A DNA stretch of 64,000 nt. It comes from an uncultured virus (IMG/VR IMGVR_UViG_3300021255_004486) (Duplodnaviria > Heunggongvirae > Uroviricota > Caudoviricetes). Location: the IMG/VR virus record IMGVR_UViG_3300021255_004486; one strand, 5' to 3'. Below, piece by piece: positions 1-8,989 of the stretch (its first letter is position 1; every line of letters begins with the position of its first letter). A program made the position numbers and the translations under genes. The notes below the pieces were generated by a model. The model saw only the letters and a program-made list of their open reading frames with translations, did not search any database and had not been told where the DNA came from.

Positions 1-82
1 AACATAGCTTATTTGCGAGGTATCTATGTGATTTGATAATGCACCACCGGGCAGATTATAACTGCTTACTACATAATAGAAA
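1..82 (-). other. Cassette 0 (truncated by window edge): FYYVVSSYNLPGGALSNHIDTSQISYV...
   Basis: Variant site TTTCTATTATGT on minus at 71-82; frame open to position 1. Confidence 0.7.
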
Positions 83-186
83 CTATTTTTATAGCTGAAC
101 GTGACTTTTACCGCCGTTTTTTAATGCGAAAAAAGTATAGATGTGTCGCAAAAGCATACATTTTGTTACTTTTTCTATTTAATATC

Positions 187-399
187 TTTTATTATGTACT
201 TAACGAGAATAAAGCTCTTTCTCGTGGCCTCTCAGGGGGTTACTATGATGCTTTTACAATTCGCGCACAGTATACTAATCCATCCATTTCCTACGATCCA
301 TTCACGGGGAGATTGGAGATTACGGGAGCTCAATTCTTCTTACATGAAGGAGTAAATCAAGACGTATATATCGAGACCGACATATTCTTACTTAAGTAA
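187..399 (+). other. Silent cassette 1: FYYVLNENKALS...ETDIFLLK*
   Basis: CTTTTATTATGT at 186-197; open frame to TAA. Confidence 0.85.
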
Positions 400-618
400 G
401 TACAATGACGTCTCAAAATCGTATGTACTTAATGTATAATTAGTCTGACTTGTACTGTTATACCCAAATATCTGAACACTTGCCGGACTGATGGTCAGTC
501 GTCCCGTGGCGGGCTCATAATCTATTTGAGGCTCGTAAAATATTAGAGAAAGATAGTTGGGTGCTTGATTTCCGTATTTATTACCTGTGGAATAGTTATT
601 TGTCACGACATAATAAAA
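388..618 (-). other. Silent cassette 2: FYYVVTNNYSTG...TSLYLLK*
   Basis: Site on minus at 608-619; open frame. Confidence 0.85.
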
Positions 619-652
619 GGACTGTATGAGTTTTCGCTTTTACAGTCCTTTC

Positions 653-850
653 TTTTATTATGTTTTGGAAGCCGATGGGAGCGGCTATACAGGCTATACG
701 GGTTACTTTTCAGCCGTGCGTCCATCACTCTCATATAACGGCCCTACGGGCATTCTATCGGTGTTTCCTGCTTATACGTCGTCGTCATCCACAAATGGCA
801 ATGATAGCGGTACTCAGATGGTTCAGACATCCGTATATCTACTTAAGTAA
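653..850 (+). other. Silent cassette 3: FYYVLEADGSGY...TSVYLLK*
   Basis: Site at 652-663; open frame. Confidence 0.85.
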
Positions 851-1069
851 ATAGACTGAGCATGTTATTACGTCTGATGTTGACCAGTTGTATCCGCTAT
901 AGGAAGGGCACGAGCTTGATAAATATAGCGTTCCAGGCGATACAGTTAAAATTCCTGTTTCCGTATTAAAAGATAAAGAAGCGGGACTATAACTCGAAGA
1001 AATTCCGTATGTACCGGCATTATAATATGCTGATTTATTTGTATTTCTTCCCGATTCCACATAATAAAA
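839..1069 (-). other. Silent cassette 4: FYYVESGRNTNK...CSVYLLK*
   Basis: Site on minus at 1059-1070; open frame. Confidence 0.85.
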
Positions 1070-1093
1070 GGACTTTCTTCGAGGAAGAAGTCC

Positions 1094-1306
1094 TTTTATT
1101 ATGTAGTTCCGTCCTATAATGGCTCGTCCACAGTTGTAGACAATGGCGCGAGTTTCTGCGCAAGGGGGAAGTTCACAACCGCAACAATAACCTTTGATTC
1201 AGAGGCAGGAACGCTAAAAGTGACACCCGCAAACCTATTTATAAATCCTGGTGGAGGAGTAACGCTTAACCAAAACATATCTACTACTGTTTATTTGATT
1301 AAATAG
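1094..1306 (+). other. Silent cassette 5: FYYVVPSYNGSS...TTVYLIK* (absent from ORF track)
   Basis: Manual translation, 71 codons, site at 1093-1104. Confidence 0.85.
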
Positions 1307-1527
1307 ATCATTGTGTCAAGTACCTTTGAAGAAGGGACGCTCAAACCTGCACATGAACCCGAGGCAGTAAGCTTTGCCGCTGTTATAGAGAGTTGCCCCG
1401 TGGATGATGTATAGGAAATACTTGGTGTCGTAAATGTGCCTGTTCCAGAGATCGAATGAGCGTATCCTGTATCTTTCGAATATGTATTTGAAGCGGAACA
1501 CGATCCATTCACAAGTTCATAATAAAA
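1291..1527 (-). other. Silent cassette 6: FYYELVNGSCSA...TMIYLIK*
   Basis: Site on minus at 1518-1528; open frame. Confidence 0.85.
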
Positions 1528-1539
1528 GGACAAAGTGAC

Positions 1540-1758
1540 TTTTATTATGCCTATCAGAGTAGTGCAACAGGCATAAAAACCGGTGGAGCAAGCGCATATC
1601 AAATATGGGTTTCTCCTGCAAGTCCTTCATATAATTCAAGTAACGGCACCCTAACAGTCAACCTGCCATATTATAAAATCCACTACTACTTAGGATCGGA
1701 CGGAACCGATAGAGAGTACACATATCAAATCCCCGTTGCCGTTTATTTGATTAAATAG
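1540..1758 (+). other. Silent cassette 7: FYYAYQSSATGI...VAVYLIK* (absent from ORF track)
   Basis: Manual translation, 73 codons. Confidence 0.85.
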
Positions 1759-1979
1759 ACTGCGGTAGGCATACTTTTTGATCCGCTTGAAGCATAATTA
1801 TTAAATCCACCTGACGCAGAGATGCTCGCCGGAGTTACAGTTAAATTACCTGTTGATGTATTAAAATCAATCCCTGGAACGTAAAAATATGCGTACCCGA
1901 ATGCTGTCCCGGAGTACGGCTGAGCTACAGTCGTAGTAACTCCTTTAGTGAAACTATCGTTGGACAATACATAATAAAA
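1743..1979 (-). other. Silent cassette 8: FYYVLSNDSFTK...TAVYLIK*
   Basis: Site on minus at 1969-1980; open frame. Confidence 0.85.
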
Positions 1980-2012
1980 GGACTACGTGAAATTAAATCG
2001 TGTAGTCCTTTC

Positions 2013-2222
2013 TTTTATTATGTATTAAGCTCGAATAGTGGTACAAGTAGCAACTCCTCACAAGGGACAGGGACAGTTACCGCAAGCTTTACTCCGCCCT
2101 CATTATCATACAACCAGACAACAGGCATCTTGAACGTCTCTCCCGGTTATGTTTACGCCTATTTGGGGAGCAAAGCAAACGTCTATGTGTATCCGCCTCT
2201 AAGCGTATATCTACTTAAGTAG
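2013..2222 (+). other. Silent cassette 9: FYYVLSSNSGTS...LSVYLLK* (absent from ORF track)
   Basis: Manual translation, 70 codons. Confidence 0.85.
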
Positions 2223-2435
2223 GTATATATCACAACGCACATTGCTTTTTGAGGTGTTAGGATCATAACCCTGTCTTGTAGTTGATGAATACATATAACC
2301 AGGAACAATTGTTAGTTCGCCAGACGTATTATCAAAGGAGATCGAAGGCCGATAGGCAGTTACGGAGACGGACACCGTACCTCCGGCAGCATAAGAACTA
2401 CCGCCTCCACTCCCCGTAGATTCCACATAATAAAA
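2211..2435 (-). other. Silent cassette 10: FYYVESTGSGGG...CDIYLLK*
   Basis: Site on minus at 2425-2436; open frame. Confidence 0.85.
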
Positions 2436-2447
2436 GGACAAAGTGAC

Positions 2448-2729
2448 TTTTATTATACAGTTTTACCTAATACAGTAGGTGGAACAGCCCTTGTAACACC
2501 AGTTGCAAGTGGTTCTGGCCCCTTTAATATAGAGTACGGATACTATGACGAAAGGATTTCTTATACCCCTGCCTCAATTTCTTACAATAATAACAATGGT
2601 GAATTAAGTGTTACCCTGCCTATTATAGGAGCCGTGGTTGCATGGAGTGATGTAGGAGGTGCTGCAAAAGGATATATGGGGCCGGAAAAGTATCAATCTT
2701 TCCCTATACATTTGTATTTACTTAAGTAA
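2448..2729 (+). other. Silent cassette 11: FYYTVLPNTVGG...IHLYLLK* (absent from ORF track)
   Basis: Manual translation, 94 codons. Confidence 0.85.
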
Positions 2730-2939
2730 ATAGACGACTGTGCTGATCCCGGATGTGGTTGGATAATGCGCGGAACCGGATGTGATCCCTCCATAGATTG
2801 TAGCGGGGGATACAGTTAAAGTTCCTGCTGTGTTATCAAAGGATAGTGTTGGCGCAGAGTATCGAGCCTCCCCCGCAGTCCAATTATCACATCCAGCCGC
2901 ACGAAAAGTAATTGATTGGGATGATACGACATAATAAAA
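2718..2939 (-). other. Silent cassette 12: FYYVVSSQSITF...TVVYLLK* (absent from ORF track)
   Basis: Manual translation, 74 codons. Confidence 0.85.
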
Positions 2940-2973
2940 GGACTACAAAGCCATAGAGTAATGTAGTCCTTTC

Positions 2974-3165
2974 TTTTATTATGTCCCTACTTGGCAAATT
3001 GTTGATGTTTCAAACCCTTTGAGCGGGTTTAAGGCACCCATAATAACCTACGATTCAACTACGGGAGATTTGACCGCATGCTCTTTTTACCACTACAGAA
3101 GAACTGACTCAACCGGACAGCCTCAAGAGAATTGGTGGCCAATAAAGGTTTACTTGATCAAATAA
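2974..3165 (+). other. Silent cassette 13: FYYVPTWQIVDV...IKVYLIK* (absent from ORF track)
   Basis: Manual translation, 64 codons. Confidence 0.85.
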
Positions 3166-3497
3166 ACATTTATAGGAGATATGTAATCACGATGTTCCCC
3201 TGTAAGTGCTTGTCCATTTGAAACCCATGCTGATACATAAGCAGGGGCGACTGATAAATAGCCGTTTGCGGGATTGTAACTATAACCACCTTTGTTGAAA
3301 CTCACATGTGCTATTATTCCGCCCCCATACGACTGCCCCACGTCTGATACAACATAATAAAAGTTATCGTTGGTCAGATTTTTGTATCCAGGTAGGTAAG
3401 AAAGGCTTATTGTCGTGCTTGACGAGAATGTTCCTACATACGCTTTTCCGTGGAAATTATTCCAATCTGATATATCTCCTATGCTCTGACCACTCAT
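3150..3497 (-). CDS. Putative expressed shufflon protein: 45-aa constant N-terminus fused at FYYV to cassette 14 (3150-3362); probable small adhesin or receptor-binding domain
   Basis: Cassette with a coding-like in-frame N-terminal extension (MSGQ...GYKNLTNDN|FYYV); function inferred from S/T/G/Y-rich beta-like composition. Confidence 0.7.
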   Translation of the reverse strand: MSGQSIGDISDWNNFHGKAYVGTFSSSTTISLSYLPGYKNLTNDNFYYVVSDVGQSYGGGIIAHVSFNKGGYSYNPANGYLSVAPAYVSAWVSNGQALTGEHRDYISPINVYLIK

Positions 3498-3621
3498 GTC
3501 GGGATTGGCGTTTGCTTTGCCTTCTTCATAATAGTGATTTTGAATATATTCTGATTTTCCATAAATGCCGAAAAATCATATTATTATACAGATATTTTCA
3601 TGACAAAAAGGAGGAAGAACT

Positions 3622-4476
3622 ATGAAGATGAGAAACAGTTTTAGAGAGTTTAAGGTGGAAGATTACGACAAGGAGATTGCCTGGTTCAGAAAGCGGATAC
3701 AACTCGATGGTTTGTCTGACTGTACGCTTGAATCATACTGTTGGACGCTCGGAAGTTTACTCAGAACCTATAACGGCGTACTAAACCCCGACAATATCCT
3801 CGATTACAAAGTAAAGCTGATTGACTCTGTCGCCCCGGCCACTGTTAACGCCCGTATTCATGGAGTAAACAAGTATATGTGGGAGAAAGGTCTTAATTTC
3901 CACTTAAAGACTGTAAAGGTAGAACCGAGACAATATTTAGAGAATGTCATCTCAAAGACTGATTATAAGCACTTAAAACGTATGCTTAAGCGTGATCATA
4001 GGATGTATTACTATCTTGTGACCGGGATAGCAACGACAGGTGCGAGGATCAGCGAGATACTTACGCTCCGTGTAGAACACGTCTACGAGGGTATGTTTTC
4101 GGTGTATGGCAAGGGAGCGAAGCACAGGACGCTCTTTATAACCAATGTATTCCAAAAGGAATGTATGTCGTGGTTATCTCAGACAGGGCAAAAGGAAGGA
4201 TACATATATTCCCTTGACGGAGGCATAACTCCACTTAAGCCGTCACAAGTAAGAGATGCATTCCAGAGATTTGCTAAATGGTATCACATAGACACAGCGG
4301 TGATGCATCCGCACGGATTTAGGCATTTCTTTGGGAAGATGTATATGCAAAACGGTGGAGACATAGTTACACTTGCATCTATTATGGGGCATTCAAGCAT
4401 TGAGACCACCAAGAGATACTTACTCGTCAGCCTTGAAGAAGCAAAGGCACAGTATAATAGGATAGTGACGTGGTGA
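3622..4476 (+). CDS. Tyrosine recombinase (XerC/D-like), likely shufflon invertase
   Basis: TGARISE, GKGAK, HGFRH, MGHSSIETTKRY catalytic motifs; AGGAGG RBS; adjacent to array. Confidence 0.93.
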   Translation: MKMRNSFREFKVEDYDKEIAWFRKRIQLDGLSDCTLESYCWTLGSLLRTYNGVLNPDNILDYKVKLIDSVAPATVNARIHGVNKYMWEKGLNFHLKTVKVEPRQYLENVISKTDYKHLKRMLKRDHRMYYYLVTGIATTGARISEILTLRVEHVYEGMFSVYGKGAKHRTLFITNVFQKECMSWLSQTGQKEGYIYSLDGGITPLKPSQVRDAFQRFAKWYHIDTAVMHPHGFRHFFGKMYMQNGGDIVTLASIMGHSSIETTKRYLLVSLEEAKAQYNRIVTW

Positions 4477-4611
4477 TTTCTGTACAGCCATTTATCTTTC
4501 AGTTCATCTTTCATTCTTAATTTAACTGTTAATTAAGTAAAGGTGAATGATAGATGTTTTCACCTTTACGATTATCGGAATACTTATTGTTCCGGGAAAG
4601 AAAGGTGAATT

Positions 4612-5043
4612 ATGACAACATTCGAAAAAGAACTCAAGGCTGCAACAACCATAATCGACGTACAGGCAATGAGAGACTTCCTCTATCAGTATGCAAATGA
4701 GGAGATCGGGGTAGATAGAAGCGGCAACGCAACTACCCTCCGCGTAGAGGTTGCAAAGGTTATTGAACTGGTGACTCGTGCATGCGTAGACGATGGTAGC
4801 ATCAATTACTACCGTTCGTACCAGGCTCGTAACACCGTCGAGATGACCGAAGAGGAAAGAAAAGCCCGTGCAGATAGGAATTACATCATCGCTTGCAGAA
4901 AGCTGATGTGGTTAAACCTTATGGGTAACAAGTACACAGGTCGTTACTTCGTATTGCAGGGGATCAACCGTGAATCTGTTACAGATGCAAGAATGGTCTG
5001 TGACGCGTTCGAGTTCATCGTAAGAAATTACAATAACATCTAA
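4612..5043 (+). CDS. Hypothetical protein
   Basis: 143-aa ORF with AAGGTG RBS. Confidence 0.7.
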   Translation: MTTFEKELKAATTIIDVQAMRDFLYQYANEEIGVDRSGNATTLRVEVAKVIELVTRACVDDGSINYYRSYQARNTVEMTEEERKARADRNYIIACRKLMWLNLMGNKYTGRYFVLQGINRESVTDARMVCDAFEFIVRNYNNI

Positions 5044-5122
5044 AAGAATTAGTGCTCCGTTAATCCGGGGCACTTTTCTATGGTATAATAGATCCATCTC
5101 ACGATTCTATATTTCACAAAAA

Positions 5123-5170
5123 TTCGTGTACAGAAAATGCACGAAGAGTTCCAATCTTCCATACTTATAT
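5123..5170 (+). promoter_or_regulatory. Element-specific bipartite promoter motif TTCGTGTACAGAAAA-N22-CATACTTA (representative copy)
   Basis: Upstream box recurs about 17 times in intergenic regions, usually with fixed spacing to CATAC. Confidence 0.75.
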
Positions 5171-5212
5171 TAGAAAACAAAACATTCGCTTTACCAGAAG
5201 GAGGTAACAACC

Positions 5213-5356
5213 ATGAGTGACATTTGCAACAACATCAACTTTGACAGCGTCGCAGCAATGCTTTGCGGAGAAGAGCTCACCGATGAGCAGAAGAAGGATG
5301 TGGAGCAGTTCAACCAGGCATACGACGAGCATATCGCCAAGTCTGAGGAAGAATAA
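5213..5356 (+). CDS. Small acidic hypothetical protein (47 aa, MSDICNNINFDS...)
   Basis: GGAGGT RBS, manual translation. Confidence 0.6.
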   Translation: MSDICNNINFDSVAAMLCGEELTDEQKKDVEQFNQAYDEHIAKSEEE

Positions 5357-5363
5357 TCCCATA

Positions 5364-5618
5364 ATGACAAAAAGATTCAGAGTATATGACAAAATAGATA
5401 TAGATTTGCCGGCAAACGTGGTAAATGAGTACAACATGTATTGTGGTACTTTAAGCGATAAGCTTGTCCAAGGATACGCAACCGCCTCAGATTGCACTCA
5501 CAACTTTTCCAAGAAAGAAATAGAAGAAAGAGTAACGGAGGCGTTATTGGGGGAAATCGACATCTATAAACATCCGAAACATCTCTTGGAAGACATGCTT
5601 AGTGAGGGAATACTGTGA
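5364..5618 (+). CDS. Hypothetical protein, paralog of 55685-55939
   Basis: Shared P-N-VNEYN--CGTL-DK-V-GYA pattern; start reassigned to ATG 5364. Confidence 0.7.
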   Translation: MTKRFRVYDKIDIDLPANVVNEYNMYCGTLSDKLVQGYATASDCTHNFSKKEIEERVTEALLGEIDIYKHPKHLLEDMLSEGIL

Positions 5619-5710
5619 CATTCCTCTATCACAAACCAATCGGTATTTAAGGTAACCCCTTAAAATATAAAACGAACAAAAGCGAATAGAATCGAACAAA
5701 GGAGAAAAGT

Positions 5711-6613
5711 ATGGAAGAAAAGAAGACTACCTACAGAGAAGTTTCTTACGTTGAAGAGGCCATGAGAGATAATTCTCTCTTTTCGGCGCACACCGGCAAA
5801 TGGAATCTGTTTGTCCGCCCCTGGTACAACATGGATAAGTTAAGATTCTGCTTTGTCGAGAAGGGTAAGGCAGGTAAGGGTAACTCCTTCACTGTATGCG
5901 TAGATGTTACCAAGCACGGCGCTCCCTGCTTTGAGAAGTGGGCCAACGACATCTTAAGTCCCATCGGGCGCTTTGAGAAGATGATGGCGCTTGAGAAAGA
6001 TAAGGAAGAGCCTGTGACTTATAAGTTCACTACCGGCGTAACCGGTGAGAAGACTGTCGGAATACAGAACTCAAGCAAAGGACATGGATTCTACTGTATA
6101 AAGGGTTCTTCATTTGTGAATGACAAGCCTGTCACAGCAATGATTCCGGTTGACTTTGGGGATCTATATATCCTCGCCGAGGCATTCAAGTTCTCATACG
6201 AGAACAGAAGACGCGCACTTGAAGATATAAGAGTCAACGCAGAGAATGTGAACAGCTCCTATTATAAGAAGGAATCCAAAGAGGATATGGCAGAGGAAGC
6301 AGCAACTTCCGAACCGACACAGGAGCAGGACACAGAACTGCCCGATATATGCCCCAACCCTATCGATAAGATGGTTCCGACATCGATCAGAGTAAGCATC
6401 GGAAGCCCGGTTAAGGGAGAAGGCGGATTCATCTTCGAAGGAACCGAGGTAAACTCCAATGAGCCGGTCAATCTGTTCGTGTCAAACGAAACCCTTAAGG
6501 GTGAGCAGGCAGAGACCTGGAAAAAGCTCTCTGATGCACTTAAGGAGACCAAGAGAACCGTCACATTCATTATTGAGGACGGCGAGCAGAAAGTGATCAA
6601 AGCAATCGCATAA
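5711..6613 (+). CDS. Hypothetical protein
   Basis: 300-aa ORF, AAGGAG RBS. Confidence 0.75.
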   Translation: MEEKKTTYREVSYVEEAMRDNSLFSAHTGKWNLFVRPWYNMDKLRFCFVEKGKAGKGNSFTVCVDVTKHGAPCFEKWANDILSPIGRFEKMMALEKDKEEPVTYKFTTGVTGEKTVGIQNSSKGHGFYCIKGSSFVNDKPVTAMIPVDFGDLYILAEAFKFSYENRRRALEDIRVNAENVNSSYYKKESKEDMAEEAATSEPTQEQDTELPDICPNPIDKMVPTSIRVSIGSPVKGEGGFIFEGTEVNSNEPVNLFVSNETLKGEQAETWKKLSDALKETKRTVTFIIEDGEQKVIKAIA

Positions 6614-6645
6614 ACCCTCCCAAATTCATCACATATCCCCACAAG

Positions 6646-6673
6646 GAGACCGTCTGTAAAAGGCGGTCTTTTT
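6646..6673 (+). terminator. Rho-independent terminator
   Basis: GAGACCGTCT-loop-AGGCGGTCTT followed by T run. Confidence 0.65.
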
Positions 6674-6777
6674 GCATGTCCGACGAACTTCTGTACACGA
6701 AAATCAGTTATAATCTCAAATCTTCCATACTTAATATAGAAGCACATAGACCATGTGTAATAGGCGCAACTGCCATA

Positions 6778-6900
6778 GCTTCATATCGCGCCAAAGGGAT
6801 GTTCTGTTTTTACCCCGCATAAGAGATATGAAGGCTCAGTAAATGCAACATCTTCTGTGGAGTGCGGCCTTGTAGAAGTGAGAGATTGCAGCAGGGCCCC
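6778..6900 (+). ncRNA. Candidate structured leader RNA, copy A
   Basis: Shares GGCTC..TAAATGCAACATC..GTGA.AGATTGCAGC with 7650-7759, with compensatory stem changes. Confidence 0.5.
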
Positions 6901-6925
6901 TTTTCGTTCATTAAAGGAGAACGAT

Positions 6926-7132
6926 ATGATACGCGTCGTCAGCCTTTTTGTAATAACAATGGCATTTTCATTACTCATAGGCGCATCCGCCACGGCGGGC
7001 GGGATATTTATATTCCATAAAGGGAGAAAGGCAAGCAATTCAGCAAATATCCTTACAGGCTTGTCTCTCCTTATAATAGGCATAATCTCTCTTGCATACC
7101 TATTCTATGCATTCTTTATACCGGTTCTATAA
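6926..7132 (+). CDS. Small two-TM membrane protein
   Basis: AAGGAG RBS, two hydrophobic segments. Confidence 0.65.
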   Translation: MIRVVSLFVITMAFSLLIGASATAGGIFIFHKGRKASNSANILTGLSLLIIGIISLAYLFYAFFIPVL

Positions 7133-7649
7133 CCCCATATATCTTCCATATTTTAGATAACTATAAACGGTTGTAAAGGAGGTTATATGAATACTTATCT
7201 TTACGAGCAGACATGCGATGTGTGCAGGCAAAAATTCTGTACAGCGTGCAAAAATGGGAAAGACATACCCATAGAAGAAAAAGAGACAGAAGAGGAGGAA
7301 TCGGAAGATGACGAATGAAGAACTGGAATTGGCAATTCGTACAATCATTGGCGCATAAGCCAGGAGGAGAATGAATATGAGAGCTTCGGAAGTAGCAGAG
7401 TTGATCATGCAGGATAACGAAATAAGCGTTGAACAGTTAATGGAAAACGCATCCTGTAATCTCACATCAGTAATCAGTTGTATTGTATCGATGCGACTGG
7501 TAAACACCGATGAAGACAGTAGTATTCAGCAAAGGGCCCTATTAAATTAGGGCTCTTTTTCGTATACAGAAAACAGTTTTTATTTCCCTATCTTACATAC
7601 TTATTACATAGAGGCTTCGGCGCTCTACATGACATAGCGCAGCCGCCTT

Positions 7650-7759
7650 GCCCTCGCAATGCGCACGGGATGACCGAATTTTATGCGAGGGGCTCGATAA
7701 ATGCAACATCTCCTGGTGAGCGCACCTTCGTAGGAGTGAAAGATTGCAGCGGAGGTTCC
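7650..7759 (+). ncRNA. Candidate structured leader RNA, copy B
   Basis: See copy A. Confidence 0.5.
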
Positions 7760-7807
7760 AATCTAAAACTATTGTCTGTGTATTTCTTTTAAGGGAAGGG
7801 AAAACAA

Positions 7808-8989
7808 ATGAAAAACATCAAGTACGACACCACTAAACTCTTAGCTATGATCAAGAAAAAATACTCCAGTAAGAAAGCTTTTTGTATGGCTGTTACGGAG
7901 AAAACCGGGAAGAACTGGCTCACCGTCAGAGATCACATTGATGGATTATGCGTTCCGACGACAGATGAGATAGCAGCATTTGCAAGTCTTCTTGGTACTA
8001 CGGTTAAAGAGATCGCTGAACAGTACGATGTAAGACTGCCTAAGAAGACGGAAAAGAAGGTTCCTGCTCCGGCTGAAGATTCTGCGAAGGATTGCGTTCG
8101 TCTTAATTATGATGCGCTTATAAAGGCTACGCAAAATGCCGGACTGACCGGAAAGAGAGTAGCAGATATCTTGGGTATCTCACCAAGTTCTTATCATAAC
8201 TGGAGCAGATCATTTCATCCTCGTACAGAGACGCTTAAGCGCGTGGCTATGCTGTTAGGAGTAAAGTACACGGATCTTATTATCGAGGAGGAGGAAACCA
8301 AAGCTGTCCCGGCAACAAACAAGGCTGATAAGGCTACTGCCCCGAGTACGGTTGTTTCCAGTGCTTCCTATAAAGAGATAGGTGATACGCAGAATATCCA
8401 CGAGATATTTGCCATCCTCAACGAGAACATCATCACCCTGGGGAATACACTCAACGCTTTTATGGCGAAGCAGGATGCCGTTAATTCAGACATCACGTTG
8501 GAGCTCTCAAGGCTCAAGTTAAGACTCAGTGAGGCAAATCTCGCAGATAAGAACAAAGAGCCTGCGGAAGACTCAAACGCACCCGAGCCTGCTCATGTCG
8601 AACCTCAGATAAATGTCAGTGTAACTCCGCCGATCAAAAAGCCGGTCGCAACGCCGATAAGGACTGATGAAGTAAAGTCTCTATACAGCGGGTTTAGCGA
8701 CAAGGACTCTTATGACATATACCGCATGAAGGTAAACCGCATGGTACACTTTATAGCGATCCGCAAGAAGTGTACACATAAACAGATGCTTCATAAGTAT
8801 TATAAGGAAATGACCAATACTTATGGATGCGTATATGATCAGCTTAAGAAAGATTACTATGCGAAGTATCAGCACCGCGACAGCGGGTCTATGGAGCTCA
8901 TTTATGAGGAGCCGATCTTTAGAGAAATCTACTATAATATGATCGCAGCCGACTTAAAGCAGGAGTTCCTGGTTACAGAAAAGGCATAA
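7808..8989 (+). CDS. XRE-type HTH transcriptional regulator (two HTH-like regions)
   Basis: GLTGKRVADILGISPSSYHNW...PRTETLKRVAMLLGV. Confidence 0.75.
   Translation: MKNIKYDTTKLLAMIKKKYSSKKAFCMAVTEKTGKNWLTVRDHIDGLCVPTTDEIAAFASLLGTTVKEIAEQYDVRLPKKTEKKVPAPAEDSAKDCVRLNYDALIKATQNAGLTGKRVADILGISPSSYHNWSRSFHPRTETLKRVAMLLGVKYTDLIIEEEETKAVPATNKADKATAPSTVVSSASYKEIGDTQNIHEIFAILNENIITLGNTLNAFMAKQDAVNSDITLELSRLKLRLSEANLADKNKEPAEDSNAPEPAHVEPQINVSVTPPIKKPVATPIRTDEVKSLYSGFSDKDSYDIYRMKVNRMVHFIAIRKKCTHKQMLHKYYKEMTNTYGCVYDQLKKDYYAKYQHRDSGSMELIYEEPIFREIYYNMIAADLKQEFLVTEKA

Larger units (their letters stand above)
1..3497. mobile_element. Shufflon-like invertible cassette array (at least 15 C-terminal cassettes, extends past left edge)
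   Basis: Alternating +/- open frames without their own start codon or RBS, each starting at CTTTTATTAT(G) (FYY) and ending Y/F-L-L/I-K-stop; adjacent tyrosine recombinase. Confidence 0.9.

Noticed and set aside
388..2441. Treating the ORF-track small ORFs as independent genes
   Set aside because: Their starts are incidental GTG/TTG/ATG codons without an RBS, and homology begins exactly at the FYY site.
1..3400. CRISPR array or DGR interpretation of the repeated ACATAATAAAAG motifs
   Set aside because: Repeats alternate in orientation and flank 190-280 bp open frames. There are no cas genes, no reverse transcriptase and no adenine-specific TR/VR pair.
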